60,994 bases of DNA, filler included, from Sphacelaria rigidula (GCA_964200075.2; 10 parts of 10 records of this genome joined end to end with filler, not necessarily neighbours in it), one strand, 5' to 3'; counted from the whole stretch's first letter, positions 1-11,919 are shown. The notes: generated by a model from the sequence alone, not told the origin. Numbers and translations: made by a program.

Positions 1-2135
1 CGAGTGCTCGCCCTATTAATTTTTCCCCCAACGAGCAATGACTCGAGTGCTCGCCCTACTAATTTTTTCCACAACGAGCAATGACTCGAGTGCTCGCCCT
101 ATATATGGTTTTCCACAATGAGCAATAACTCGAGTGCTCGTCCTCGAGTCATTTACTTTTTCACGTGGTATGACTCGCTTGGTTGTGTCTTTTCTGGACA
201 ACCCAAGGACCAATCAATCACTGAAGTGATGGACCAGTGTGGCGCGAGACATGGTGTGGAAGCCTAGTGAACCAACGGTAGGATTTGGTAATATTGTGAC
301 CACTACAAATCGTACTGCCCCCTTTGGATGGTATGCTGGTGGTACTCTACCCCACCATCGTGTGTTTGCGGCAGGTGTCCATTTGTGTGATTTTCAAGTG
401 AAATGATTAATAAGGCCCCTGCAGCATCATTTTTACGAAAAAATAGCACAAAGGCACACCTACCGCGAACACAGGATCGTGGGGAAATGAGTCTCAAGCG
501 GAATACGTACCCCTTTTCAAATCGATCATTGCTCTGCAAGAAAAATGGGGGCGCCGAGACCTACCTGGACGAGACAACTGTGGCTCCGTCCACCACAAAA
601 CCATTCAGTAAAATAATCACCAACGGACATCTGTCAAGGTATCTCTATATTGGCTTCTTCTACCCCCGCCCCGACCCCTGGGGTGTCCGCCTCTGACGGA
701 ACTACATTTTTCTCGTCTTCGGCTCCCGCGACGATGGATACATCCAGGTCGTCGAGTTCCGCCAGTCGCGCAGGCAAGTACATGAACACCTGTGTTTGCG
801 GTTGACACTTATACATGTGCAGATATGCATATGAACTTGAAGATTCTTGGTTCAAGATCGTCAAAGAACTCGTCATAATTATCAGCTCGTCGGACTGCTG
901 ACTGCTCCACTGAAGTCGTTCATCACGAGCAATGACTCGAGTGCTCGCCATATTCGTTTATTTCCCCAACGAACAATGACTCGAGTGCTCGCCCTATTTA
1001 TTTGTTTCCCCAACGAGCAATGACTCGAGTGTTCGCCCTATTCATTTGTTTCCCTAACGAGCGATGACTGGAGTGCTTGCCCTATTTATTTGTTCCCCCA
1101 ACGAGCGATGACTCGAGTGCTCGCCCTATTTATTTGTTTCCACAACGAGCAATGACTCGAGTGCTCGCCCTGTTCATTTTTACGGCCAACGATTAGCCCA
1201 ACGAGTGCGAGTGCCACGAGTCACACTCGTGCTCGTTGGACGTATGAATTTTTCCTCAACGAGCAAGGACTGGAGTGCTTGCCCTGTTAATTTTTTACAC
1301 AACAAGCAATGACTCGAGTGCTCGCTTTCTAATTTTTTTCCACAACGACCAATGACTTGAGTGTGTTGTGTTGTCGTCCCATTTATTGTGGACGTTGGTC
1401 TACACCTTTCGGTAAATGTGGGCGCACCAGGCGGGGTCACACAGGAGGAAGGTCTACACATGAGCTTTTCTTTTAACTTGTTTCAGTTCTCTATCTTCCT
1501 TCTGCGGTGCTTGCCTTTCTGTTTTATCGCGAGAGGGGTTCAGTGATCCCTTTCTCTCGTCGACCGTGAAGTCGAATGTTGTGTACCCACGACATAGTCG
1601 CTCTCCACTGTTGGGCATTGTGTGAGAAAAAATCCCAGATCGCTCAGAGACTCGAACCCACGACCCACCCGTCAAAAGGTTTCGAGGTTACCCACTGAGC
1701 CACCGGGGCGACCGGCGAGTGCTCGCCCCATTATAACTTTTTTCCACAAGGAGCAATGCTCGAGTGCTCGCTCTATTGAGTTTTTCCACAACGAGCAGTG
1801 ATTCGAGTGCTCGCCCTATTGTTTTTTTTTCACAACGAGCAATGACTCGAGCGCTCACCCTACTAATTATCTCCACAACGAGCGATGACCCTAGTGCTCA
1901 CCCTATTATTTTTTTCCACCACAGGCAAGGACTCGAGTGCTCGCCCTACTAGTTTTGTTTCCAGAACGGGCAATGACTCGAGTGCTCGCCCTCCTAGTTT
2001 TTTTTCCACAACGAGCAACGACTCGAGTGCTCGCCCTGTTAATGTTTACGGCCAAAGAGCAGCCCAACGAGTGCGAGTGCCACGAGTCATACTCGTGCTC
2101 GTCCGACGAGTGAAAAAATGGTCGCTACCACACTA
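1..2135. repeat. Array of ~43-44-bp units (core ACAACGAGCAATGACTCGAGTGCTCGCCCT plus T-rich linker), about 20 copies in blocks 1-150, ~925-1363 and 1717-2110; possibly the subterminal array of a DNA transposon
   Basis: The core recurs at 43-44-bp spacing (e.g. GAGTGCTCGCC at 2, 45, 88, 939, 983). Two sub-blocks end in the same junction sequence (1180-1245, 2045-2110). The array is followed by ...CGCTACCACACTA, whose reverse complement TAGTGTGG is a hAT-like start. Confidence 0.85.
1364..1716 (-). mobile_element. tRNA-derived SINE, full length, inserted into a satellite unit
   Basis: Minus strand starts GCCGGTCGCCCCGGTGGCTCAGTGGG (A box) ... GGTTCGAGTCTC (B box) and ends in a GACGACAACACAACA tail. 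GAGTG is duplicated at 1359-1363 and 1717-1721. Homologous copies occur in other contigs. Confidence 0.85.
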
Positions 2136-5100
2136 AAAGGCCCTAAACCATAAACCAGCGATAAAAATAAAAAAAACGTGATCCATTTGTCGTGGTTCAT
2201 CAGGACCTAGCGAGATCCCGCACAAGTTTCACAACACAAACACCAAACGTGAGCCGGTAAACGGCCTGCGAAATGTTGTTCCGACTTCCTATCGGCCCGG
2301 GTTTTCAAAAGGCGAATTTGCAATTTTTTACTTGGAGTTGGACCCTGAAATATTGTATGGATAATCAACAGGGCATGAAAAATAATTATGCCAGTTTCCA
2401 AAGTTTTTTTTCCCCATGAGTTCAGGGTAATAATCAGTTTTCAGGTTTTAGTAAAATGCCGTTAAATCACCAAAAAAAAAATCTTGGACTCGCCATAATC
2501 ATTTTTTACGCCTTGTTGATCGTCTATACCAATTTTCCGTGTCCATCTCTACGTGAAAAAAATACGAATTCGCCTGCAAACTACAAGTCCGCTTCTAGGC
2601 TGGCCCAGCTCGTATTTAAAATGAAATCAAATATAAGACATGATGCGTAAATATGAGAAGATACAAACCAGAAAACTGCCGAAACAAAATAAATGCTCCA
2701 GTGATGGGTCCCCCAATGATTTTTTCGCAGCTCTCCACTTAATTTCAGGGTTTAACTCTCAAACCTCGAGTGATGAATAGCCCGAGACACTGCTTCAAGT
2801 CAAGTAGCGGGACGATCTCGTACACTCAAGCTCATCTCGCAGAACTGCCAATCGCCTTCGCTGAACCGCACGAACATTTCGAACGTGAAATCCGTGTGAC
2901 TTCCTTTCAGGAAAATCGGTCCGTGTTTTTGTTGAGTTGGGGACAAACGGCGCCGGTCTAGCCTTCTTTCACATCGGTGATCACTTCTGAATCACCAGAC
3001 TAGATAATCACCCGTCGCAGCCAAACAGATAAATGGGAGAACTGGAGAAATGAAAGAAATAGTGGGACAACCTGAAACGATCTCGAACTGAGTGACGTCG
3101 TACCTTACTCCCTCCGGTGTTCAACGCGCCGGGAAGATGCGCGAGGAAACATAGATTTGCACAAATCGCTCGTGGCTGCACTTCTTCCAACACTGGGGTT
3201 GTTGTACCCACTGAAAGCAAAGGGAACCCATCGCATACAGTGGCAGATTAAGCTTTGATTCGGACACAATACATGGGCCAGTCCGCGCGCTAATGTTGTC
3301 GACACGCCGCAATGCTCCTGTCATGGGTGGGTCAGGAGCCTATCAGAAGCACATGCTCTGTCCAATAACCCACCACTGCGAAACATAACCACAACCTCAC
3401 AAATTTCACGAGATCTTACTTCTCGAAATGCCATAAAACAAATGCACAAAGAAGATATGAAATATAACACGACACTCACACGCGAGCATGTACCCGACCG
3501 AGGGGCCGCCCAGAGGAACAGTAGGAAATACACGCATCCTGAACATATTTTCTACTGTAGCTCACCAACACGATGTCGATCTCAACCGCGTAGGCGAGGG
3601 CGAAGAGGTACAACTGGAAGCATATGAACATCATTGAAGCCCGAACCTCCTGCGAGCGTCGATACTGGTCCTCGGGCGAACATTGCGACTCTTCCGCCTC
3701 GGGCCGAACGAATACCAGAAGAGCCAGAAGCGACAGTTGATATATTACTGAGTTGATCAGCTCTTGCAGGAAATACTCTGCCGCATCTTGCGGTATGTCC
3801 TCTGCCTTCCTGAAAGTCCGCGATCGAAGCCCGTTGAGATCCTGCTCCGAGTCAGCGGGGCGATACAAGGTAACCACGCGCTGTCAACCCATGGATCATA
3901 GATGATGTACGATATATGTGGTTGTGAAAGTACGAATGACGAAAATATGTTTCAGGGATGTGTCGTGTGTGCAAAATCATGTACTGTGTCCATGGCCATG
4001 CGTTCGAGAGAACGGGCTGATACGCGGGAATAAAGATGTATTATTGTATTTGGTCGTACTCCTAGCCGCCCCCGCACCCCCTCCTCCTCATGACGAGTCC
4101 GTACTGTCAAGGGATCAACTCTCGCCTCATCTCTCCCTCGGTACCTGCCCTGCCTCGCATTCTACTCTAGGGTCAAGCGATGTCGAGCGTTGTCGAGCGT
4201 TAGATCATGACCATGGTATCGGCAAGTTTCATCGAACTAGTCTGCAGTATCTATCTTAAACTCTCCTTGTGTTGTCACAATTTCGGAGCTCGGAGACCAG
4301 GGGAAGACCCTACACTACTTTCGGCATTACACCCCCCGAAGCCCACCCACAGTTACTGTAGAAAAGTATAGCGTTTATGAGCGAGCTACTGTAGTTTGAC
4401 CACCGAAGCGCGGCGGCACAATGGAAAGCCCGACATAGGCAGAGGGCCTCGAACGTCTTGAGCCGCATACTCGACATGAAGTTTGATACGTGCACTAGTA
4501 AAAATCGCTGCAACGCTAGCTTGGGCCTGGTGTAAAAATGGAAACCGCTGGCGTTATGTGGTGCACAGCGAAAGTGATATTAGTCCAACAACTTGGATCC
4601 TGATCAACTTTGTCAGATGATCAAACCGTTCGCACCAGCTCCAAAGGGTAACGCGTGCGCACATTCTAATCGCCATGACGGCTGTATTCAAGCACCCAGA
4701 ACAGTACATGCCCTCCCAAATGTCTGTTTCGGTAGCTGTATCACAGGCACAGCAAGAACATCGAGTTCTTCCGACGAGAAATAGGAGAAGTGGGTGTCTT
4801 TTATTCCCCTCTTTCTGATTGCCGCTTAAAACGCCATTTTACTCGATTCATTGTTTTCGCGGACTGATGGATGTGGCATCGTCTCACACCCCCAAACGAC
4901 AAGATATAGTGTACACAGCATATAACTCACACTCGAATGTTTTACACGTCTTACCATCATCTCAAGGATTCCCAAACACGAAACTTGATTCTTCGTAGAT
5001 GCTATATGCAGCAACGTTGACACTTCAATTTCTACGGGTCACTTTCCATTCGCTCTGCTCCGTTCTACACCGACGACAATAATCCGTCAAATTCGGATAC

Positions 5101-6010
5101 TGTCCGCATAGATACTCGAGTCATGATATAGATCATCGTAATTTACACTCTTTACGGCGGAGTTTTGTTCTACTGTATAACTGCATTGACAGTGCAACTA
5201 CATTCCTCTGTACCATCTTAAACTAGAGTCAGCAAAGCTTTGTCGCTGATGCCCGTCAACAGTCAAACTGGGCGTACAAAAGATCGGAAAGGTGCGCTGC
5301 AATCCTCTCGGAGAGGGCAGCAAGTTCCTCTAAGGCGGCACAATCTGCCCAGCCCCCTCTTTCGGGCAAAAGTCGGCGCTGATACGCTAGAATAGACATT
5401 GTTTGACTGTCGGAGAGTTTTTTCTCCATACCGATAAGGAGCTGTCTAAGTGCCTCACTTGTCGTTCCTAGTGCAGACCTCATCTCAACGGTAAGTGGAT
5501 AATGACATTGTTGTGGAGAGCAGTTGATCGCTTGACCAGGCTGGAAGGCTCACGAGCTGGGCCAGCGTACAAGCTTACAGTTCTCCAGCACACAATACTT
5601 TTTTCCCCAGTTTATTCTGAATTAACCCGGTGTGAGTACGAGATGGGCCGGCCAAGGCTCCATCGCCACAGGGCACGGGCATGCGCGGCGCGAGTTTTGG
5701 GATTTGGGGGTGAAAATTGGACACGAAGGAAACAACACATAAACCTACCCTGTCAAAGAAGTTTTGCTTTATTCTTCTCTTTACTCCAACTAGGGGCGAT
5801 GCAATATTTTTGAGTGAAAAAAAATGAATATTTGCACAGTCGCTTCGACAGAGTAGGCCCGAGTATTGTTCATCTGATGATGTGATAATTTCGTACGGAA
5901 AATTGAAAAATTTGCGCCGCGCATCGTCGCGTTCGAGTGATCTGTGACGGTTTAAGAGACAACCAACTAGACTACTGACAATGTCAGCGCTGACTTGTCA
6001 GTAGTCTAGT

Positions 6011-6110
6011 NNNNNNNNNNNNNNNNNNNNNNNNNNNNNNNNNNNNNNNNNNNNTTAATTAATTAANNNNNNNNNNNNNNNNNNNNNNNNNNNNNNNNNN
6101 NNNNNNNNNN
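6011..6110. other. Artificial contig linker N44-TTAATTAATTAA-N44; identical linkers at 12121-12220, 18231-18330, 24341-24440, 30450-30549, 36559-36658, 42668-42767, 48777-48876 and 54886-54985
   Basis: Nine identical 100-bp spacers whose core gives stop codons in all six frames. The intervening segments are 6010 bp (x4) then 6009 bp (x6), as expected for size-sorted concatenated contigs. Confidence 0.97.
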
Positions 6111-6120
6111 GAGGGAAAAA

Positions 6121-6151
<31 letters not shown>

Positions 6152-6170
6152 CGTTTTTTTTTGTTGCTGG

Positions 6171-6202
<32 letters not shown>

Positions 6203-6211
6203 TGAGTTCAT

Positions 6212-6477
6212 GAGCAACGCTACGGTAGGAGTTACACTTTTTGTTTCTGGTTCTCTTTTTTGTTCAAGCCCAAATATATGGGACTTACTGTTCAGCCCGA
6301 ATCTCCGGGGACCGGACTCCCAGAAACATAGTGTTTGCACGTAGGGGCCTTTTCGTGAATCGGCATCATTCTCAGTCTTTTTCAAGTGAAAATGATGCCG
6401 ATTCACACAAATGACCCGCTCAAAACCCCGAGAAACGTTTTCGCTAGAAAAGTGCAACCCCTACCGTAGCATCACTC
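6212..6477. mobile_element. MITE, GAG...CTC termini, 4-bp TSD (Sola2-like)
   Basis: TIRs GAGCAACGCTACGGTAGGAGTTACAC / GTGCAACCCCTACCGTAGCATCACTC; flanks TCAT / TTAT (one mismatch). Confidence 0.75.
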
Positions 6478-6569
6478 TTATCATCGCTGGGGATCACGGA
6501 CTCATCCCGAGGAAGGGGGAAGTTGGAAGGGCGGTGAAAACAACAACACGTGCTCCTGTCTCGACTCAC

Positions 6570-6676
6570 CGGTTGGTAGCGGCGTGCGCCCAGCTCTCCC
6601 CTAGAGCCGGAACAAGTGAGGATTCACCGCTTCGCCCAGTGACAACTTTGGTCGTCATTTGATTCACCAAAACCAC
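6570..6676 (-). CDS. RAD51C: RAD51C exon: VVLVNQMTTKVVTGRSGESSLVPALGESWAHAATN(R)
   Basis: 107 bp; acceptor atacAG|GTG, donor CG|GTGAGT (phase 2). NQMTTK...LVPALGESW-HAAT is characteristic of RAD51C. Upstream exons (Walker A) and the last exon(s) lie outside this contig. Confidence 0.92.
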
Positions 6677-6980
6677 CTGTATGAGGTATGTTTCGGGTAA
6701 AGAATACGAGTGAAATGATGCAGACATGTATGAAAAATCGTGATTTATACGGCGTTTGTGTGAGTATACCGCCAAAAAAAACATAAACAAAAAAATGTCT
6801 GGTTGGTGCAGCAGCATTTTTGCAAGCAAATAACCGACGTACCCCTGAGGATCGTCGCTCTTGGTTGTTGCCGGCAGGCATTTAGCGCATGCTTCCAAAT
6901 CTTCCTCGAATTTCGCATTTAGCACGCATGTAATGAATTGCTTTGTCGAAGGCACAAGAATATGTATATATATATATATA

Positions 6981-8605
6981 CAAAGTTCCCCTTCGAGAGG
7001 TTGGTACGGGCCTCCCGGGGGTGACCCAAATCGAAAATGGCCAAGAGAGACTGTGGTATGTCGACGCACAGTAGTGATCGTGGCTGTACAAAACATCGCA
7101 TGTGTTATCGGATGGTGGCTCCGGAGAAGGAGTCATGCTACGAGAGGGGGGGGGTGTTCGATTCCACGAAAAAATTGGCTCATAGGTGCGTCAGATGACC
7201 CCACACACTCGCGATGCGCTCGTATTTGGATAAAAGCGATGTCAAACAGTATAAATAAGCGTTCTAAATCGGAAGCAAGCGCGTTCGAACTACCGTTGCT
7301 GCTATCAACGACAATTGTAAGTAGAACTTCGTGGAAGAAAGCGGCCCAAAATACCCCCCCCCCTATCGTAGCATGACTCGAAGGTTCACCAACTTGAGTA
7401 TCACAGATGTGACGGTTGTACAATCATTGGGCGGCAAAACTTTCGACGTGTGTTGCATATGCGTATGGATGCGACATGAGCTGAAGGTAATGTTCAACGC
7501 TATTGTACGTTGGTCGGCGTAGGACATGCGTGGAATTCCCGAGGTGCCAGAGTGCAAAGTAGCTCTCGTGCCACAAATACATGACAGCGGGAGGCACTTC
7601 CCGAAAATTTGAAACGCGTGGAACATTTTTGGCATGTTCTTTTGTCACTTGGGAAGCTCGCGGGTATAGTCTTTCAGTGCTTCACTTCTTCGCTGCACAT
7701 AAGAGTTTGCATTTTTCTGGGCAAAAGAGTGGCTTTGGCTGGCGGTTGGAATGCGTGGAACATTCCTGACATGTTGTGTCTCACGTGAGAAGCTCGGGGA
7801 TATGTTCTTTCAGTGCTTCGCTTTTTCTCTGCACATCAGATTTGCGTTTATTTTTAAAAGCCGGTCGAACTTTTCACTGGGCCTTTTTCATCGGTCCTTT
7901 TTTTCACCGGGCCATTTTTTTAACGGGCATGTTCCTGCAGTGCTGTCGTTTTTTGTTGCATATGAAAGTTAACATTTCTCTGGGCATAAGAGTGGTGGTT
8001 CTTGTCTGAAACGATTGTACATCACTATGGTTTCCACATCACCGCACCTTTTTCTAAAACAGGGTGATTGTTTTTGCGGCAAAACATTCCTGTGCTGCCG
8101 TGCTGCTGTGCCCTGTTCAGCTCGCCAACGGCCCATTGCACGGTCTTATGTTTGCCGGTGACAAAGGCCAAGGCAATGTTCAACTGTTTTCAATTGCTTT
8201 GCCCTCATGTTTTCGTGACATTGGCGGCATAACCGGTGTGCTCGTGCTCAAAAATGAACGAGAACGCGACAGAGAGAAACACGGGGGAAAAATACCCCGC
8301 CAAAGGTAATCCTGCTTGAAGTTTTCCATGATCTTCAACAGTTTTGTTTTTGTGGTTCGAGTTCCTGTTTCAAGTTTTCCATGATCTTGAAGAGGCGTTT
8401 GTAGTTCGGGATCGACATCCCGCGAAAAATGGCCAGTTTGAGCGACTTTCGGTGGCCGGAACACGCGCCCCAGGCATCAGATGACACCCAAACCTGGACG
8501 GTAATGCACCGCTGAGCCTTCCTTGTGCGCTGCAAAAGAAAGCACGGGAAAAAATGCTTTGTCGCCAAAGAAAATTCGGCAAAAGAGGCGAAAACTGTGA
8601 AATGA
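6981..8605 (-). mobile_element. Non-autonomous Helitron-like element in a RAD51C intron
   Basis: Homologous (inverted) to 50840-51722 at both ends. Minus strand begins A|TC and ends with a GC-rich hairpin plus GAACTTTG|T followed by (TA)n. No TIR or TSD seen. Confidence 0.55.
7130..7379. mobile_element. MITE, GAG...CTC termini, 4-bp TSD GAAG, nested in an intronic element
   Basis: TIRs GAGTCATGCTACGAGAGGGG / CCCCTATCGTAGCATGACTC; GAAG at 7126-7129 and 7380-7383. Absent from the homologous element at 50840-51722. Confidence 0.85.
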
Positions 8606-9466
8606 TACATGTACATGTATCGGGCATCACACGAATATAGTACTCGCTAAATTTAGGCGTACGCGGGCAGTACTTCGCCTTCCAGAGTAGTCTTGTCTGT
8701 CCAGGTTGTACAACAGGTGCACGGTCAAATTGGCACTTGCTACACCGACCGGATTGAGCGAGGAGGTCGGATGGAACCGCAAGAGAGACAAGCGTTATTT
8801 CACAGGGTTTCGGCGTGAGAACGTGAATCAAAAGAAACTCCGATGACAGCCAACTGGCTGCGGGATTACGGTGATGACAGTCATGATCCAAAGCTCGAGA
8901 AGAAACTGCAAGGCAGGTATTGGGAAAGGGATGGCTTAGTTATTCCTTCAGACTGCGAAAGTTGTCCCGAAGAACGAAGGTCGCATTTGAAAGTATCAGC
9001 AAAGCAAAAAAGACGAGCAAGAAAAAAACAGGTATTCAGAGAGTTATGTTTTTTTTTATGTACAGTCTACTTACCACGGCACACGGCATTGCAAAAAAAC
9101 AAAAAAATGAGAATACGGGACGAGCGAATTTATCGCATGCCGTTGTTTGCAAAAAACAACGAGATAAGGAACTGAACCTCGTTTGTCCCGTGAGCATCCC
9201 TGGATTGCCCATGCGTCTGTCATTTTCGTGCTTGTCTCACACGACAGCCTCACGGCATACTTATTTATCGCAGGCACGCTTATTAATCGCAGGCACGCTT
9301 CGCCATTTCCGAAAAAACACCAGACGCTACGGTCGAACCAAGCCCGACTCGAAAACACAAATGACTGAGTATTCTATAAATACATCGATTCATCAATCTT
9401 GTATGAAGACAATGACCGCATGGCGTCTTTCCTTCGTATGAATGGGTGGTTTGATGGTACACTCAC

Positions 9467-9544
9467 TGCGAGGGAGTGCTGCTGTGCGACTTCGTTGAGC
9501 TGCTGGGCCATTCTGCTCAGCATCCGAGTACGCACCGACATGTC
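9467..9544 (-). CDS. RAD51C: RAD51C exon: DMSVRTRMLSRMAQQLNEVAQQHSLA
   Basis: 78 bp; acceptor gaacAG|GAC, donor GCA|GTGAGT, phase 0/0. Matches RAD51C [26 protein letters not shown]. Confidence 0.9.
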
Positions 9545-9724
9545 CTGTTCCACAGCCGCGGCATACCGAGAGGTCGACGAGGAGGGGGGGGGGGGGGGCG
9601 CACGACCGGGAAAGAGAGACAAACAGACGGAAAAGTGGACAGAAAGACACAAAAGAGAACACNNNNNNNNNNCAGCACCGCGCCGGCCCCCGCCCCGGGC
9701 GCTCGCGGCCGCCGGGGCGCGTGG

Positions 9725-9757
<33 letters not shown>

Positions 9758-10187
9758 CGCACGACCGGGAAAGAGAGACAAACAGACGGACAAGTGGACA
9801 GAATGACACACATGAGAACACACACATGAGAGCACACTCACACACACAAACACACACGAACAGCAAAGGCAGGTTTTCAAGAACACGAGTGTACTTATAC
9901 CAATAACTCAAAAGCAAATGAAGAAGCAAGAACGTGGTATCTCGTATCTCAAAAACAGATATGTGAACATACAAAAACCAGAAACCAAAAATAAACAAAA
10001 AAATCAAAGAAACTCGCCTCAGAATATTTGCAAAAATGTCGATATTTGAAGGAAATATTTCATCAGTAGAACGCTCAACACTACGCTTCAACAGGCGGAA
10101 GGTACAGAGAGATGGATGCTGCTCAACTCCACGACAAAAGTCCTTCTGGATATAAAGCACATACAGCTGGACCCTGCCCGCCCTTGC

Positions 10188-10280
10188 CTGAAAGGCATGT
10201 CGAAAGTGAAATGCGACGCTGTCCATCACCACGAGCTTAACCTCCGGGTGTGCCTCAAGAAACGACGGAAGCGTCCGCAC
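10188..10280 (-). CDS. RAD51C: RAD51C exon with Walker B motif: VRTLPSFLEAHPEVKLVVMDSVAFHFRHAFQ
   Basis: 93 bp; acceptor caacAG|GTG; likely donor CAG|GCAAGG (GC-AG). KLVVMDSVAFHFR matches RAD51C RLVIVDGIAFPFRH. Confidence 0.9.
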
Positions 10281-10309
10281 CTGTTGTGCCCCAGCGTTCA
10301 ACGTGGGAG

Positions 10310-10418
10310 ATGGACAGACAGATACACGCAGACACACAGACAGAGATAGACAGGCACACAGACAGGGAGGCGGACAGAGACAGACAGACAAACAGACAAA
10401 CACACAGATAGACACACA

Positions 10419-10470
<52 letters not shown>

Positions 10471-10535
10471 CAAACACACAGACACACAGGCAGACATACA
10501 AAAAATGAGAGAGAGGGAGAGACACACACGCACGC
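10310..10535. repeat. Compound (GACA)n/(CA)n microsatellite in a RAD51C intron
   Basis: Seen directly; pure CA run at ~10420-10468. Confidence 0.95.
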
Positions 10536-10739
10536 ACGAGACAGGCCAACAATGGATGCCACGTGTTGCCCAAAGAATACGGCAAAACCATGAATGAGGG
10601 GAATTTCCCTATTTATCGCAGTACAGCATCAAAACATCAGTCATCCTCAATCAGTCCCGCGGTTAACAGATGGAAATATCTAGAAGTCGAGGAACCGTTT
10701 CAAGAACGCGGCAACGCAGAGGAGGGTATACTCACGGCA

Positions 10740-11822
10740 GAAGGGGGGCGGGGGAGGAGGGAGGTGTACTCATGACCTTGCATGCCATGGCCATATGACC
10801 ATTGACCTCGCATCCCTACAAAGCCGGGACGGGGCACGCCGGGTTTTCGCCTGACCTGGCTCGTTATCAATCACCAAGCGCGAAGCGCCGTCATGTGTTC
10901 GGCGAGTCACATGAAAAGCGAGCTGCATCCTGCTGATATTTAATTAAGCCCGAAGCGAACTGATTATCTTGCATTTGGATAATAGCCTAAAATGAGTTGC
11001 TTCATCTTCTGGCATCGCCACTTCCAGAGACAGCCACGGGTTCCACACTGCCTCATGGATGTTTCACCATATAAACACTACGTAGTATGATCATTCCTTT
11101 TGCGCGGAGTTGAGGTTCTCCCACCCCGCGCAATATGATCTAGCTCGACCACCTTCGTGGTTACCGCAACACAAAAAGCAAGCGCGCATAAAAAAAAACG
11201 GTAATCTGATTGCCTAGCTTACTCAGTGAGTGGCGTGTGACGAAGGGGGGCGGGGGGGAGGCTGTACTCATGATGATGCATGCCATAGTCATAAGACCAT
11301 TGACTTCGCATTCTCACAAAGCCGGGACGGGAACACGCCGGGTTTTCGCCGGACCAGGCTCGAAATTGATCACCAAGCGCGAAGCGCCGTGACGTGTTCG
11401 GCGAGTCGCATGAAAAATGAGCTGAATCCTGCTAAGATTGTTCGACCCGAAGCATACTATTTATCTTGCACACGGATGACAGTCTCCAATGAGTGTTCAT
11501 TCACTGGTATCCCCACTTCCAGAGACAGCCGCAGCTTATACTCTGCCTCACGCGTGTCTCACCATTTGAGAACTACGTACTACGATAATCCTCTATGCGC
11601 GGAGTTGAGGTTCTCTACCCCGCACAAAATAACCTAGCTCGACCACCATCACGGTTAACGCATAAAAACGAAAGCAAGAAAAACGAAAAAGAAAAAAAAA
11701 CGATAACGTGGGTGCTACGCAGTGAGTGGGGTGTTTTATAGCATCGCTGCCAACCGACGCCAACCCTTGCAAAAAGGAGGGGTGTACTCATGATCTTGCG
11801 TGCCGTAGCCATACGACCATTG
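10740..11822 (-). repeat. Head-to-tail ~500-bp units (2 copies plus the start of a third) resembling a LINE 3' end, in a RAD51C intron
   Basis: Units start ~10760, ~11258 and ~11778 with GTACTCATGA...GACCATT. The reverse complement (GGGATGCGAGGTCAATGG...ATGAGTAC-CCC) resembles the LINE ends at 28020-28081 and the segment at 36240-36328. Confidence 0.7.
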
Positions 11823-11919
11823 GGGATGCTTTTTGGAGACTACGGACTCGTCCCCCGCGGAAGGGGAGGGGTTCGAAGTGTGACGGAAATGAAAAATAAA
11901 AACAACATTTTTCGCTCAC

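Noticed and set aside
1640..1716. tRNA gene calls at SINE heads (also ~36330, ~47780, ~53690) and B-box-like sites near 30950 and 44620
   Set aside because: No complete cloverleaf; the heads are fused to a shared non-tRNA body or lie within dispersed repeats.
1..2110. CRISPR-like appearance of the palindromic ~30-bp core with intervening sequence
   Set aside because: Linkers are only ~13 nt and similar to each other, the cores vary, no cas genes are present, and the context is eukaryotic.
6055..6066. Recurrent TTAATTAATTAA motif about every 6.1 kb
   Set aside because: Synthetic all-frame stop linker embedded in Ns, not biological.
6490..6512. Minus-strand GATGAGTCCGTGA resembling a hammerhead ribozyme core
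   Set aside because: Lacks the CTGA start and the downstream GGAC-GAAAC needed to close stem II and the core.
9585..9835. Duplicated ~75-bp segment either side of a 10-N gap in a RAD51C intron
   Set aside because: May be an assembly or haplotype overlap next to poly-G; it cannot be treated as a real duplication without reads.
9393..10562. 389-aa ORF, the longest in the track
   Set aside because: Mostly microsatellite and intron read-through spanning Ns; only 10188-10280 is coding in this frame.
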